From contig KZ538496.1 in assembly GCA_000934665.2 (NCBI GenBank), positions 1-64,000 on the forward strand: 64,000 bases of DNA. The letters are read 5' to 3'. Source of the DNA: Catajapyx aquilonaris (taxonomy: Eukaryota). A program made the translations under genes and the position numbers. This document shows positions 1 to 12,531 of the stretch, piece after piece (position 1 is the first letter of the stretch; each line of letters begins with the position of its first letter). The notes below the pieces were generated by a model, which made no database searches, was not told the origin of the DNA, and saw nothing but the letters and a program-made list of their open reading frames with translations.

Positions 1-1876
1 GAAGTTACATAGCTCAGGTTTGTCGTCAGCACAATTGATTCCGTCCTCTGCTTCCTCATTCATTCTGGCCTGCTTGCTGCCACTTCCCGAGTCCTCTAGG
101 CTATCTGAACTCAAAGACCTCTTCCTGAAACGACATGTTATCAGTCATTCTTCCTTGCAAAACCCAAATCTTGATTCCCACAAAGACCTGGCCAGCTGAC
201 TGTTGTTGCCACTCATCCCATTCTCACTTGAGCTACTGCTTCCCGCATAAGTTTTCTTCAAACCATCACCAAGCTCATTGGTGCTCTCCATCAAAGCACC
301 ATTTGCAGCACCTAAAATAAGAGCCTAGTGATAAGACCTCACGGTTTCCACAGAAGGAACAGAGTTCTCCCATTTCATTAACTTTTCTGATAATGTTAGT
401 GAACATCATAACACATGATGTCCGTGAAGCTGGCCCGGCCCATTTATAATACAGGTTACAGGTTATATACATGAATCGTTTGTTTTCGTTTGTTTTGGTG
501 GTCCAGGCGTTTGTTTCGGAATGGATCATTTGTTTTCTTTAAAAACCTAGTGGGTGCTCCACGGGAACAAGTAGAAATCATTTGTGCTGTTGCCACGAAG
601 CCCTGTGGCCGTGCCAGAATGACAGCTTCAAACAAACTTCTTCCATCTACTCCCACAGTTGTGTCCCAATGAGAAGGATATAATATCAGGTTGGAGGATG
701 GCAAAGGCAGAAAAGGGTATGTTCAACGTAATTTCATCATCATTAGCTGTGTCCTATTGGTAAGCCCTTGCAAGAAACAGCTGCCATTAAAACCCTACAA
801 TGATACCTTCATGGTGTCCGTCTGTGGCATCATGCTTCATAAATCCATATCCATCCAAGTCATCCGTAGACGTTGTTTCATCAGCTGTCCCTTTCTAGAA
901 TGAATGAATGGATACATTGTTGTGACATAAACAGCCAGCCCCTGATTTACCTCTACTCTGGTCTTACATAGATTCAGACTTGTGCACACTCAGACATGAA
1001 CAAATAATAGTATTTACAGAATAAAATGGCTATGAAAAATGCAGCCAATTGCAAGAAACGTCGAACCTCGTTAAATTCCGGTGCATGGTAACTTGAAGCC
1101 GCCTGCCTAGCCTCATTCCTCTGAGACCCAGTTTACACGTGTATAAGCCTTTTTGGATTGGTGAAAATGTGCTGAAGCGTCCGAGCGTTCGAGTCTGTTA
1201 CAATCAAAAGTCTACTATACCCAAGGCTGTTATATCCGGAGTCAACCATAAAACGTTCGCGACCCACAGTTTGAGAAGCACTGCTTTACACTTGGCAACA
1301 ATGTCCCTGAAATGGTTAACTGCATTTAATTATAATTACCTCCACATTGGCTTGGCTCTCCTGCTCAATGCGAGAAGGGCCTGCTTGCCCATCCTCATTT
1401 CCCTGTGCCAATCCCAACTTCTGATTGTTTGTGGTTGGTGCTGGTGTGATGTCCCTTATGTTGCCATGGGAGTCCAGGAGGGCCACGCACAGGCGACGCT
1501 TCTCTGGCTGGAGTGTGGCGGGATCCTGCTGGAGCAGAGCAAGCCACTTGCTTCTCTCTTTCGAAAAATGGTCTGACTCTTTCTGTGCGCAGGCCAGTTC
1601 CTTAAGAAAGTCCGAGATCTCAACGGACAAGCATTCTGCCTCCTCCGGGGATGGACGGGGCACTCGAAACACCTTCTGGGAGAGGCAGTCACACGTTTGC
1701 TCGAGTCTCCTTCCATATTGATTTAATCGATGCCTCTCCTTCTTGGCGGAGAGCTGGATGTAGGTCAAGCGTCTGTCCTCCTGGCAGCGAATGTCGTTCT
1801 CTTCTTCCCGCAGCCATCGACTCAGCTGTTCGTTCCTCCGATCCTCCTCCTCCTGGCTCCCTCCCACCTGATCCAT
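1..1876 (-). CDS. Uncharacterised multi-exon protein-coding gene (runs off the window start)
   Basis: Open exon MDQVGGSQEEEDRRNEQLSRWLREEEND... (ATG 1876, donor GAG|gtaatt ~1340) with coiled-coil character; another open exon after a tttcag acceptor at ~124 (KRSLSSDSLEDSGSGSKQARMNEEAEDG). Intermediate exons unresolved; no family recognised. Confidence 0.45.
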
Positions 1877-2859
1877 GTCCAGCACACGACTGAGACGACC
1901 CACTGGAGCTGTGCTGGAATGAAACAAGTGTACAGCACACACAGGAATGGAAAAAGTGTGGCTTTTGAGTTGTGGTGGGGAGAAAGAAGCTGCAGCCCTC
2001 CCCGTCAGTCACTCTACTGCACGCATACTGTACCTGGTCTTGCCGCCGGTCTACCCCGAACAACGGACTTCCTTTTCCGGCACACTGCGGGCAGAACACG
2101 GGGCAGAACCAGGGGGGCAAACGAAGAGCACCTGTCACACGTTCATTGGAACGTCCAATGATGTCATAATAATATTCTAGTAGGCTGGACTACAGGCAGT
2201 AGAGTGTGAGGACATCTGGCGAGAAGAGGGTGAAAACTGCCGGTCTTTGCCGGGAAATTCGAATGAGTCTGAATGTGGTGGGATTGCTAATAAATAATAT
2301 ATAATAAATAATATATAATAAATAATAAATAATATGCCCTCATTTCAGGGGCGGTGCGCCAAAGGGACCAAACAAACTTCCTAAAACATACGTACCCCTA
2401 CCAGCACCCCCAACATACCAGGCAACACTGGGTAACCTGCTACTGCATATCATAGTAGAACTCTTTGTTCCAAACATTGTCATAAGGTCATAATAATATC
2501 GTTAGCTTCACTGCCGACATCACTGCAGCTGTTCTCTGGTTGAATCGAGACTAGCAGTAACCTTTATTGACGATGGGAGGTAAAGGGTGATTGAAAAAAG
2601 CAAGACAGAATTCTTGTAGATGAGAATGAAGTTGGGGATGATCAGCCCTTTATTTTGAGCCACATGTAAGAGAGGGCCACACTGGGAGGGGTCAGGACAA
2701 AGGTCAAGGGTTGGAGGGATGCAGGAGGGAAGGAGGAGGAGGGGAAATGACTTTATCCATCTTAACCATTGAACCACAATTCAGGGGGCATGTGTTTTGT
2801 GTGTGTACGTGTGGGGAAGGAGAAGGTGAGACAATCACTCGACAGAGACACAGCCCGTG

Positions 2860-5800
2860 TTAGTCGGACTGACCCAACATCCCCTGTGTCTTGGGAGTGT
2901 AAGCAGTCGCGTTGGGATCCAGCGCAGATGCGGCTGGGTCCCCCCCTCCGCCCACCATCCCTCCCGTCCCGACACCCGGTGGCGGAGAGGCAGGGTTGGA
3001 CCTCCTGCCCCCTCCCACCACCACCCCAACGCAAGGGGACTGCGAGTGAGAAGAGACGGAGGAGGAGGAAGAAGGGTGGTCCGCCCCCCCGCTTCCCCCT
3101 CCACCGCCTCCCCCCATAAGTAGCTTGTTTGGCGCATAAAGAAGGTCGTGGTGAGACGCAGACGGCATCACCGCCAGAACCTCCGCAATCTTCGCCTTCA
3201 GTTCCTCCACCTCGCGCTCTTTGGACAAGATCAGGCCTGGAAAATATTAAACCAGATGTTAACTCCATGACTGCAGATCAACAACACGCAATGTGTACTG
3301 ACTGTCTCTGATCTCAAGCTGCCTCTTGGCCTCCCCCAAGGCGGAAAAGAGATCCAGCTTCAGCCTGGTCTCGGCGGAGAGAGAGGTCTCCAGATGTGAG
3401 GTCTTGTCCTGCATGGCAGACAAGGCGTTCAGCAGGACCTCTGTGTCGCCCCCCTGGTTCTCCTTGAACTGCCGCAGGGCCATGGCCTCACGCTCCGACA
3501 TCAGGAGGGCCTCCTCTGAACGCCGCAGCTCACACCTCAACTGTTTGTTCTCACACTCCAGGTCCTTCCGGCGCAGGCGGCAATTATCAGAGCACTCCAA
3601 TCTGACAATAGACAAATGTGAGTACAAATTGTAGCGGCTGTGAGCAGAGACGACTCACTTGTTATTGGCAGCATTGGCTGCAGCTTGTGCCGCCTGCTGT
3701 GCTGCCTGCTGAGCTGCCTGGGCCTGGGCCTGTGCCGCAGTTGCCTGGTCCTCCTTCCTGTGCCGCCTCTCCTGCGCCAGCTGGGCCTCCACCTGCTGCC
3801 TCATCCTCCTCTCCTCCGCCAGCCTCCTCTCTGTTTGCTGAAGAGACTGCTTGTCCTGGCAGCGGCCAGACTGGAGGGAAGAGATCCGTGACTGGGCCGA
3901 CTCCAGCTCGTGCCTCAAGGACGACATCTCCGACCTCAGACCCTTCTCCACGCTCCCAGACTGACTCAACTGGGAACGCAGGTCAGACTCTGACGAACGG
4001 AGGGACTGCACGTCTGACCTCAGGCGGCGAAGCTCACCCTCAAGCCTGACAAATAAAAATCACATTACTAGACCCTTCAAAAAATGGACATGTGTCTCGA
4101 CTTGATAATACAAATGCAACTTCGGATATTTTGGTCCTTCATCATTTTCGGGTGAGCTAATATTGCATTTTTGACAGATTTCATTAATCGGTATGTAGTC
4201 TTGTAGTAGTGCATATTGCAGCCATATTGAAAGCAGAAATTTATGTTTACGTTGCGTGACGATTTGGCTATAACAGACCTCGGTTATAAACAAACTTTTT
4301 CCGCAGTCTCTTGAAGTTTGTTTTATCTGGATTCAAGTGTACCATTAACCCCTTCGCTACCTGCTATATCGCCATTGCCATCGCCAGGTATTACCAGCCA
4401 ACTCTTAAGCTGATTTAATTATTAAATTATGCTACAGTATATGCGGAATATCTACCTTGAGAAAGGTGCAAGACAAACTGATTTGCTGAAATCGTCGCAT
4501 GTCGCGAAAATTAAGGAAGTTTGGGAGTTTTCAGATGCGACGGACGGAGGCAATTAAATCAGACTAACCGTTGGCTGGTAGCACTCGACTTTCGTATTTT
4601 TGAAGACTATCTCTGCGAAAATCATTTCAGGGACTTCCCCGTGACGAAAATTGTCTCCAATACATTCATAGTGCAGACTGTAGTGTAGAGCATAAACATG
4701 TTAGTATAATATGATACATACAGTATATCACTGTAGCTGTTATTAGTTGTAAAACATCTTGTCCTTATCTTGAGAGTAATTGCAAGCGACAACCTAAGCG
4801 ATGGCGGTATAGCTGGTATTGCAAAGGGGTTTAAAAAAAGAACTGAAATAAGAGCAAAACCATTCCCTTCAGTGAAAAAAAAGGTTGCAGGACCTCCGTG
4901 GCGGAATGAAAGTACTGAAACGCGGCAGGCGCACGTAAGACCAATTGGTGAAGGTCTTACGTGCGCCTGCCTTGTTTATTCCGCCGCGGAGGTCTTACCA
5001 CCCTTTTTTTTCACTGAAGGGAATGTTTTTGCTCTTATCATGGCTACAATAGTCTTGCGAAAATGCTTACAAGGCCGATGCAAAAGATCCATAAAGCCTT
5101 GCATAACTTTTCACCGGCTTATTCCTCTGAACAATACCTCCCCTTTCAACTAGCAATCAATACTTGGAACACCTGAGTGTATTATGTAATAAGAGGGGGA
5201 GGTAATTTATCAAAAGGGCTCTAAACACCGCCAGAGTTACAACCGACCCATTTGCAACGATCCTAAACACCAAGGAAGCAAATGCATTCAATATTATGAC
5301 ATTTTCCGATTTCAAATAAAGCGAATCTACACTTGCGCAATTTGCCCAAAGTAAATTACTAGTACTTCCAACATTTAGATAATCCAACTGAACTTATTCA
5401 AAATCATACTTTTAATGCAACACCTGTTGCATTGTCTTTCCTAAACTGTAATGAAGTGGCCAGCTGCAATCCAACCCCATTGCGGGCCCCTCAAATCGAA
5501 GGCACTTGATCCACTCAGTCCGTCATTTGTGACAGGCACAGATGTCCCTAGCAAAGTAATTTCAGACTGCGAATCATTATGTCAGTCTCAATTAACGCCA
5601 ATTGTTAGGCCAAGTAAAATGAACCCCACAGCTGCCCTAAGGCCACCAAACCGCAGAACAAACAAGATTTTAATCAACACGTTCATTCCAGTGTTAGGAT
5701 GATTTCAATTAACTCATCAACTTGTTAGAAACTTTCGCAATTCAACAGTGACGGAACTAATATTTTCGTAATGCACTTCTCGCTGCTATACTTATCAATA

Positions 5801-8453
5801 GCTATTGTAACCTGAAAAACTAATTTAAAAAACTTCTGCTGCGTTAGTTGTAATATACAAATTAAACAAGACGGACCTCTGGCAGTACTCGTCCTTCTGT
5901 TGTTGCTGTTGTTGTTGTTGCTGCTGTTGCTGCTGTGAAGTACTACTGGCCGCCTCCTTCTTCCCGCCGCCCTTTCTCTCTTTAACTTGGGAAGAGTTGG
6001 AGCCAGAGACGGCAGCCTTCTTCCCTCCCCCGTCCTTCCCGCCGCCTCTTCTGCTTCCCTCCTCGTCGTCCCCTCCTCCTCCTCCTTTGCCCCCTTTCCC
6101 CTCCGTCTCGGCCGCCTCCGAATGGACCACCCCGTTCATATGGGCGCACTTATCCTTCCGATGCGACCTGGAGGAAGCGCCGATTAAGACTGGGCCGCCG
6201 TTAGGGACGTTGCTGGTGGAAGCAAGGTTGCCCACGCTGGAGCTGTTGCTGCTGCTGCTGCTGGCACTCCCCGAGCTACTGACTACGTGGTGGTTATGGC
6301 TGTGGCTATGGCTGTGGGAAGAGTGCGTCGTGTCCGGCGACCCCTCGTTATGGTGGTGGTGGTTGCCGGACGAAGACGCTCCGCCTAGGTTGCCGGACGT
6401 GGACCTCGACGTGCGGCGGTCAGAAGAGGAAGGATTACAGGAAGAGAGCTGCTGGGCAGACGTGGACGACGAGAGGGAAGAAGAAGATGGGGAAGCAGGG
6501 GCGGAGGAGGAGATTGAGGGCGGAAGAGGGGCAGAACCAGGGGCAGGGACAGAAGAACAAGTTTGCCCCAAGGGCTGGAGCTCCTCAGACGGAATCGCTT
6601 CCTGGAGGAGTTGAACATAAAATGCATTCTCCCGCGCCACTTCTCTTTGCTGCCGCTGGAAAAACATCAGAAAATTACAGACCGTACGGAGGAGAACCAT
6701 TCAATTAACTCGTATCAGAAAACTTACCAATCTCATGCGATAGCTCACGTAACTCTTGAAGCCGAAACCTAAAGTTACGACCGGATAGCCAATACTGCGA
6801 AAAGAGACACGTTTAGTTTATGTATCCCGCCATGTTGATGCGATTCTTACCAGTGGGCCGCAAATGGCCTGCAGAGGTCAAGATGGAAGGGCAGGTGTCT
6901 GAGATCTCTCAACCTGACTGCAACCTCAATGTAGACAAAGAGTAGCCAGAGGACCACTGTGGGCATGCAGACCCCCTTGTCCGTGTGCCACACGTATTGC
7001 ACCCAAACGTACGTGCTGGCTGCAAAGAACAGCCAGTGGACAGGGACAAACAGGAAGCAGATCATGTCCGACGTGAGGGCGATGCACACAAAGAACACCG
7101 AGAAGGCCTGGGGAAAACGAGAAACAAAAAAAAAAAATTATTGTCATACTAACCCAAATTAGCAACAAGTGTCAGCAACAACAAGTTCCTCACCAGACCC
7201 TGGTACTTGAAAGAGTCGTACACGCTGCGCAGGAGCAGCCAGAACGGCCACAGGTACTCAAAACGAAACTCCAGAATGAAATCTGCCAACAGGACCAGAG
7301 CCCATAACAGGAGGAACTTGAAGTACAGCAACGTACTGAAAAGCAGAAAAATCGCATTAGTACTGTTGCATTGTTGATAACGTTACATTAGAAAAATCGT
7401 TATTTTTTTTAAACCTGGCTTCCGTGACCTCATTTTACGCATACATTTACGGTAATCTCTCCTTAACACTCACAGAATCTAGCGCTTGTGACGACCTCTA
7501 ATGTCATCACTAAAAATAGCACAAGTGGAAGCCTTTAATTCACCTCAACATGACTCGAGTTGTATACAAAGTGTTCCCAAGCAGAACCGTGCACCTTGTG
7601 CCATGTGCTTGGTATCAATGACTCTCGAACACAATGGATGTACGCCGGTTATTAGCATTTTACAATGAGGCGGCTACATGTTGGCTGCCACCTGAAGCCA
7701 TGCTCCCTACAGCAACAATACCCAGATGTAAACAGTGTCTGATATTTTGAGTGGTAAGAATTGGCTCTCAATAATTATGCAAAAAAATTTGTGCACTATA
7801 TTTGCCTTCAAAAAGTTCATTGAACCAACTATTATGTACCATTCCTGCAATGCATCCTATTGGAAATCACCCCTTCTAATTAGAGGTAAATCCATTATTA
7901 CATTATTGAATAATTTACTTTAAAGGCCATTTCACAAAAAAAATATCGCGCGGCAAACGGTGCGCGTTGCGGCATATTTATTATTTATATTTATTATTGC
8001 CAATAATTAATAATAATTGGCGGGGCACGCGTTTGCTGCTGCCGCAAAATCGTTTTGTGTTTCGGCCTTAACATTTAATCAACCAATCGTGAACCTGAAA
8101 AACTGACATTGTACTGCACGCAAAAGAAAGTCATGCAATAATAATAAATTATTTCTTTCACAAAACGATTTATGAATTACATGACGCTGTGTTATCCATG
8201 TGTGATTACCTAACACGTGGTTTTCAGTAACGTGTCAACCTGCACATGTCAGATAATAAAACACAGATTACGTCACGCCTCTTAGACTCTTATTATAGTA
8301 GTTCCTCATGTAGTCAATAACAATTTGTATCGAACAAACGAACAGTTGGGACAAGACAACATTTGCGATGCACCTTCCGTAAATCCCGTCGGTGATCTTG
8401 CTCCTTTTCAGCGGCCTCCTGAATTTCCCACACTCGGCATTCCTCCTCTTCAT
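2860..8453 (-). CDS. MACO1: Macoilin (TMEM57), 8 coding exons: 8453-8374, 7335-7194, 7107-6851, 6794-6728, 6655-5877, 4045-3659, 3601-3303, 3236-2860
   Basis: MKRRNAECGKFRRPLKRSKITDGIYGSTLLYFKFLLLWALVLLADFILEFRFEYLWPFW, HLDLCRPFAAHCIGYPVVTLGFGFKSY and C-terminal coiled coil LSAETRLKLDLFSALGEAKRQLEI match macoilin; all splice phases are compatible. Confidence 0.97.
4349..4829. mobile_element. Non-autonomous piggyBac-type element in macoilin intron
   Basis: TTAA|CCCCTTCGCTACCTGCTATATCGCCAT at left; ATGGCGGTATAGCTGGTATTGCAAAGGGG|(T)TTAA at right: ~28 bp imperfect TIR with CCC/GGG ends and TTAA flanks; no ORF. Confidence 0.7.
4852..5034. mobile_element. Palindromic MITE (GAG...CTC termini, possibly Sola3-like)
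   Basis: Nearly the whole element is an inverted repeat: GAGCAAAACCATTCCCTTCAGTGAAAAAAAAGG...GGCAGGCGCACGTAAGACC / GGTCTTACGTGCGCCTGCC...CCCTTTTTTTTCACTGAAGGGAATGTTTTTGCTC. Confidence 0.7.
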
Positions 8454-9390
8454 AATTGACTTTTCCTCTGCCGAACACTCTCTGTACGACACACTGTCGT
8501 TCACTACTCTTCTGTCTTACTGTCAAGTGCTTGACTGTTCTATTTTATTCTTCCCCCCCTCCCTCCCCCCAGCCCCCCACCCCCGCCCCCGTGTCCCGCC
8601 CCCACCCCGGATTCGCCCCTGGTTTCTGCCCCCAGTGCCAACCAACCAACCACCAAATACGCCTCTCTACACCTCAGTCAGCGTACATCGCCGCATGTCC
8701 TGCTGTCCCGCTGTCCAGGTGAAAAAAGACCTGTCCCGAACTTCACTGGACACTATTTTATCGAAGTAGAGGCAAAGCGGATTTAGGGAGGGGAGGGAGG
8801 GGTGCAAGTGAAGGCGGGGAGCGGGAGGGGGCAAAGCCTGCAAGTGGTTCCAGAGTCACTCAACAGATGTCGCACGGGTTGCAAACTAAAGACTATAGGG
8901 GTATGAGAAAGAAATGGCGGTCAAAGTTAAGCAAAACCGGGATATATTTCTCATGATACGACCTGAATAAACTACAGTAATTGCGCAAATTGCGGCTGCA
9001 TTAACACATAGTATGTTCGGCACGTTAACCAGTACGAAAGTGAGCCGGATTATGACTTGCACGGTATGGTCCAGATGAAAGGGTTGACCGCGGGCGTGTA
9101 TCATACCGCCCGGTCGGTACGCTCACAATGTACAAATCCGCAATTAAATTATGGGAAAATCTACAATAAATCAACATCACATTTTTAATAGCCGTATACA
9201 CTGCTACTAGATACTTAAAATATGCTAATTTTATAAACACAGATGAAGAACACAGAACCAATTGGCGTCGACTTGTCTAGGAGATTTTTCCAAGATGGCG
9301 GCCGAATTGCAGCCCAAAAGTTCTTGAGCGTTTGGTTTAAATTCGAATAAACCGCAGCCATTTTTTAAATTATTAAAAAGAAGGACAGCC

Positions 9391-10085
9391 ATGCTGTTCC
9401 TGGTGACGGCCTGCAGCTTCATCAGCGCACTCATCCCGTACCTAGTCAAAATCGTAAGGAACTCTCTGGAAGGAATCCGATTTTTTTTGTTCCCCCTTTT
9501 TTTTTTCGGAATGAAGCAAACGTTGCAATTTTTTTCAGGTGGTCCAGTTCTGGTGCAGCGAGAGCGAGCAGGAGCGGCACCTCAGACGGCAAATAACTGA
9601 CCTGCAGGCAGAGATGGCCACAATTTCAATGGTGGATGAGTTTGCCAAGTACGCGAAGATCCAGCGGAAAGTCAACAAGATGCTGGAGGAGCTTGGAAAT
9701 CAAGGCATGTGTACACGACACTTACATTTGCTGACGTACCGACTATAACCGGTTTTTTCTCTCAAAATAGTGAACCAGCGCTTGACTTCCTTCACCAAGT
9801 TGAAGATCGGAATCACTTATGGTCTTCGTGCCCTTACGGTACGTACTCCTGACGGTTCTGAGTCGCTCAATTGTGACATACAAATCCCTGTTGCAGGGTG
9901 TGATATTGGTGATTCTGCTGTGGATGATAGGCGACCAGCCGGTTCTGATTCTGCCTCCGAATTGGCTGCAGCCTCTATCCACGTTCCTCTCCTGGCCCAC
10001 GGGCCAACCAGGGGCCGTCTCACTAGCCAGCTGGCTACTAATCGCCGGAACCGTCTCCCGGATCCTCACGTCAAACATAACTTAA
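9391..10085 (+). CDS. GET1: Guided entry of tail-anchored proteins factor 1 (WRB/CHD5-like), 4 exons
   Basis: N-terminal TM, coiled coil with ISMVDEFAKYAKIQRKVNKM, and C-terminal PVLILPPNWLQPLSTFLSWPTGQPGAVSLASWLLI match WRB. Exons 9391-9453, 9539-9704, 9771-9838, 9897-10085. Confidence 0.92.
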
Positions 10086-10352
10086 AAACATTCTTGGGTC
10101 GAATATCGACCCAACCTCTGTAAAACCAAACAATTTTGTAAATAAACAACAGGTTTGTGCAAGGTGACAAGTGTAATTAACCAATCACTGATACATCATG
10201 ATACAAAACGGAGGAAAAATAATGCCCACTCATTCAGACAACATGAAAACGAAATTGTCCATTGCATTGCGTACGTGTCCACAAAGAAAAAAAAAAAGGC
10301 AGCAGATGAGAATGTTATAAAAATCAGAAACAATTCTATCACTTGAAACACG

Positions 10353-11833
10353 TTAGTTGAACTTGCACTTGGAAAAGTCCATTTCCGGATGCTGCTCCAT
10401 GAACCTTTAAAAAGCGCAGGGAAATGATTAGTTACTCATGCGCACAATTTGGTGTGGTAACCTGTGCGAATTCCAATCGACATACTTTTTGAGCACATCC
10501 TGCTTCTTCTGCTCTTCGCTTGTGGGCAGCCCCAACTCCCGCTGCCTCTGGTCGTACATCATCTTCTCCACCAGTCCACGCGTCTCCCCATCGAGGTCGC
10601 TCAGCTTTGAAGGCTCGGGGTTGACCTTCCTGGTGTTGATCTCTGGATCTGTGGTCACCAGCTGACTCCACCACTCCATTTTGTTTACCTACATATGGAC
10701 AAGACCGTTAATTATTTGAAGCACTCACAAAATTGACCTAACTGACCTTGTCAATGGTAAGCAAGATTGAGGACTGATCCTCCAGCACCCAGGTGGAATC
10801 CTCAATCTTCACCTCGTGTGGGAAGTCCCCGTCTAAGATTGGAGGCTGCCCCTTGATCCCGATGTAGATCCGCTTCTTCTCAATCTGAACCTTGAGATCA
10901 CGCGACTTGACCTTGAAGCCCGCTTTAAGAGGGATCCTGACCTCCAACTCAGAGAGACTCTGAGTCCAGCGGTAGTTCGGGAGATCTCCACCGTTGCCTG
11001 CGTTTGGCTTCAGCTTATTCTTGTCCTCCTCGCTCTCTTCCTCCTCGGCTGCTGCGTCCCCATTTGTCGCCTTATCGCCAGAACCTTCTGCCGACGGCGG
11101 TTCATCACCACCATTCTTCTCCTATAATAAACAGATGTCATAACCGAACTTTGGTTGCTCAGAATTATACAAGAGCTTGCCTTTGCAAGTTCGGCCTCAA
11201 GTTGCAGAGCTTCTTCTTCGGTCAGCTCCTTAATCTTCGGCTGCTTATCACGTTCCATCATCTCCTGCTCCTTCCGCTTCCTCTCTTCCTCTGCTAACTT
11301 TTCCTCCTCTTCCTGCTTCTTCTGCTGCCTCTCCTTCTTCTTCCGCTCTGCCTCATCCCTCTCTGCCTTCTTCTTGGCCGCCGCCTCCTCCTTTACCTTA
11401 TCGTACTTCCGGAACTTCTCTAACACAAGCTAAAATTGCGCAGGGAATCAGACAGCCGTTCATGACCAAAAACTGAAAATATTGCCACACCTTCTCAGCC
11501 GTTCCCTCCGGCGCACCAGTGTAGAAGTCAGTCTTTCGCGACAGGAAATTAAACAGAATGTCCAGCAGCTGTAATAGAAAAATTGACAATTATTGTTCGA
11601 AATATTAATTAAATTCTAGCTACAAAATGTCACATGTTCTCGATCCTTCCAGAACATTCGACCATAATTTTTTTCGAAATTCCAACCCTGTACAACAGCC
11701 AAGCTTTCTTTTTTTCCCCAGCCATGGAATGTCCTGATACCCTGCTACGAACCTCCTGTACGCCTCCTTCCAGCTGCTGGGCCATCGCAAGAAGCATCGC
11801 GTCGAAACGTTCCATATCCTCAGAAGCCGCCAT
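10353..11833 (-). CDS. NUDC: Nuclear migration protein NudC
   Basis: [55 protein letters not shown] (CS/p23 domain), [43 protein letters not shown]. Confidence 0.97.
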
Positions 11834-12531
11834 CTTTGACCCCTTGTTCCAATTTTGCCGACAGTCATTTGTTTTCCCATCCCACCGCCGACTCCCAATG
11901 TTGCCACCAGTGTATATATATCACAATTAGTTTACAAATAAGTTATACGGTTTTTCAATGAAATCCGAATTAATTGAGCTTAACTACACACATTTAATTG
12001 GTTAACTAATATGATTTAATGTGACTGCACTGTTACCATTGATTGTCATGCTGTGGTGTGCTGTGGTCATGCTAAATATATGGATGGAACGTTCAGGCCG
12101 CTTTAGTCGTAAAAATGTGCATGATTTCATTAATAATTGATGTAGCCGACATTAGCTGGCCGATTTATTGCATAAAATTATGATTTCAATGCTGGCCATG
12201 CTTCCTAGGCCCGCCGGCCAGCTTGACCTCTTGCCAGTCGTTGCAAACGCAGGCACGCCACACGCCGTTTCGACGAGAGCGAGTCTATAACCGGATCGGG
12301 CTAGTCCGAATCCACCATTGCCACATATCCTCCATGCCAATAGCATACACCTGGTGACGTCATCAGCCCTGAACGTTGTATTCGGACGCGCTCTACCCTC
12401 CCACCCTCTCCCCCTCCCCCCCACAGAGAGAACAGCATCACTTTTTATTCTGTCGAACGTGAAGAAGACCACGCCGTTTTCTAGTCCGTTTGTTCGGAAG
12501 AAAAAATAGTCGCAGTTCCAGTTCGAAGAGA

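Noticed and set aside
1258..1283. Single hAT-like terminus (CAGTGCTTCTCAAACTGTGGGTCGCG, minus strand)
   Set aside because: No matching second end found; too short to call an element.
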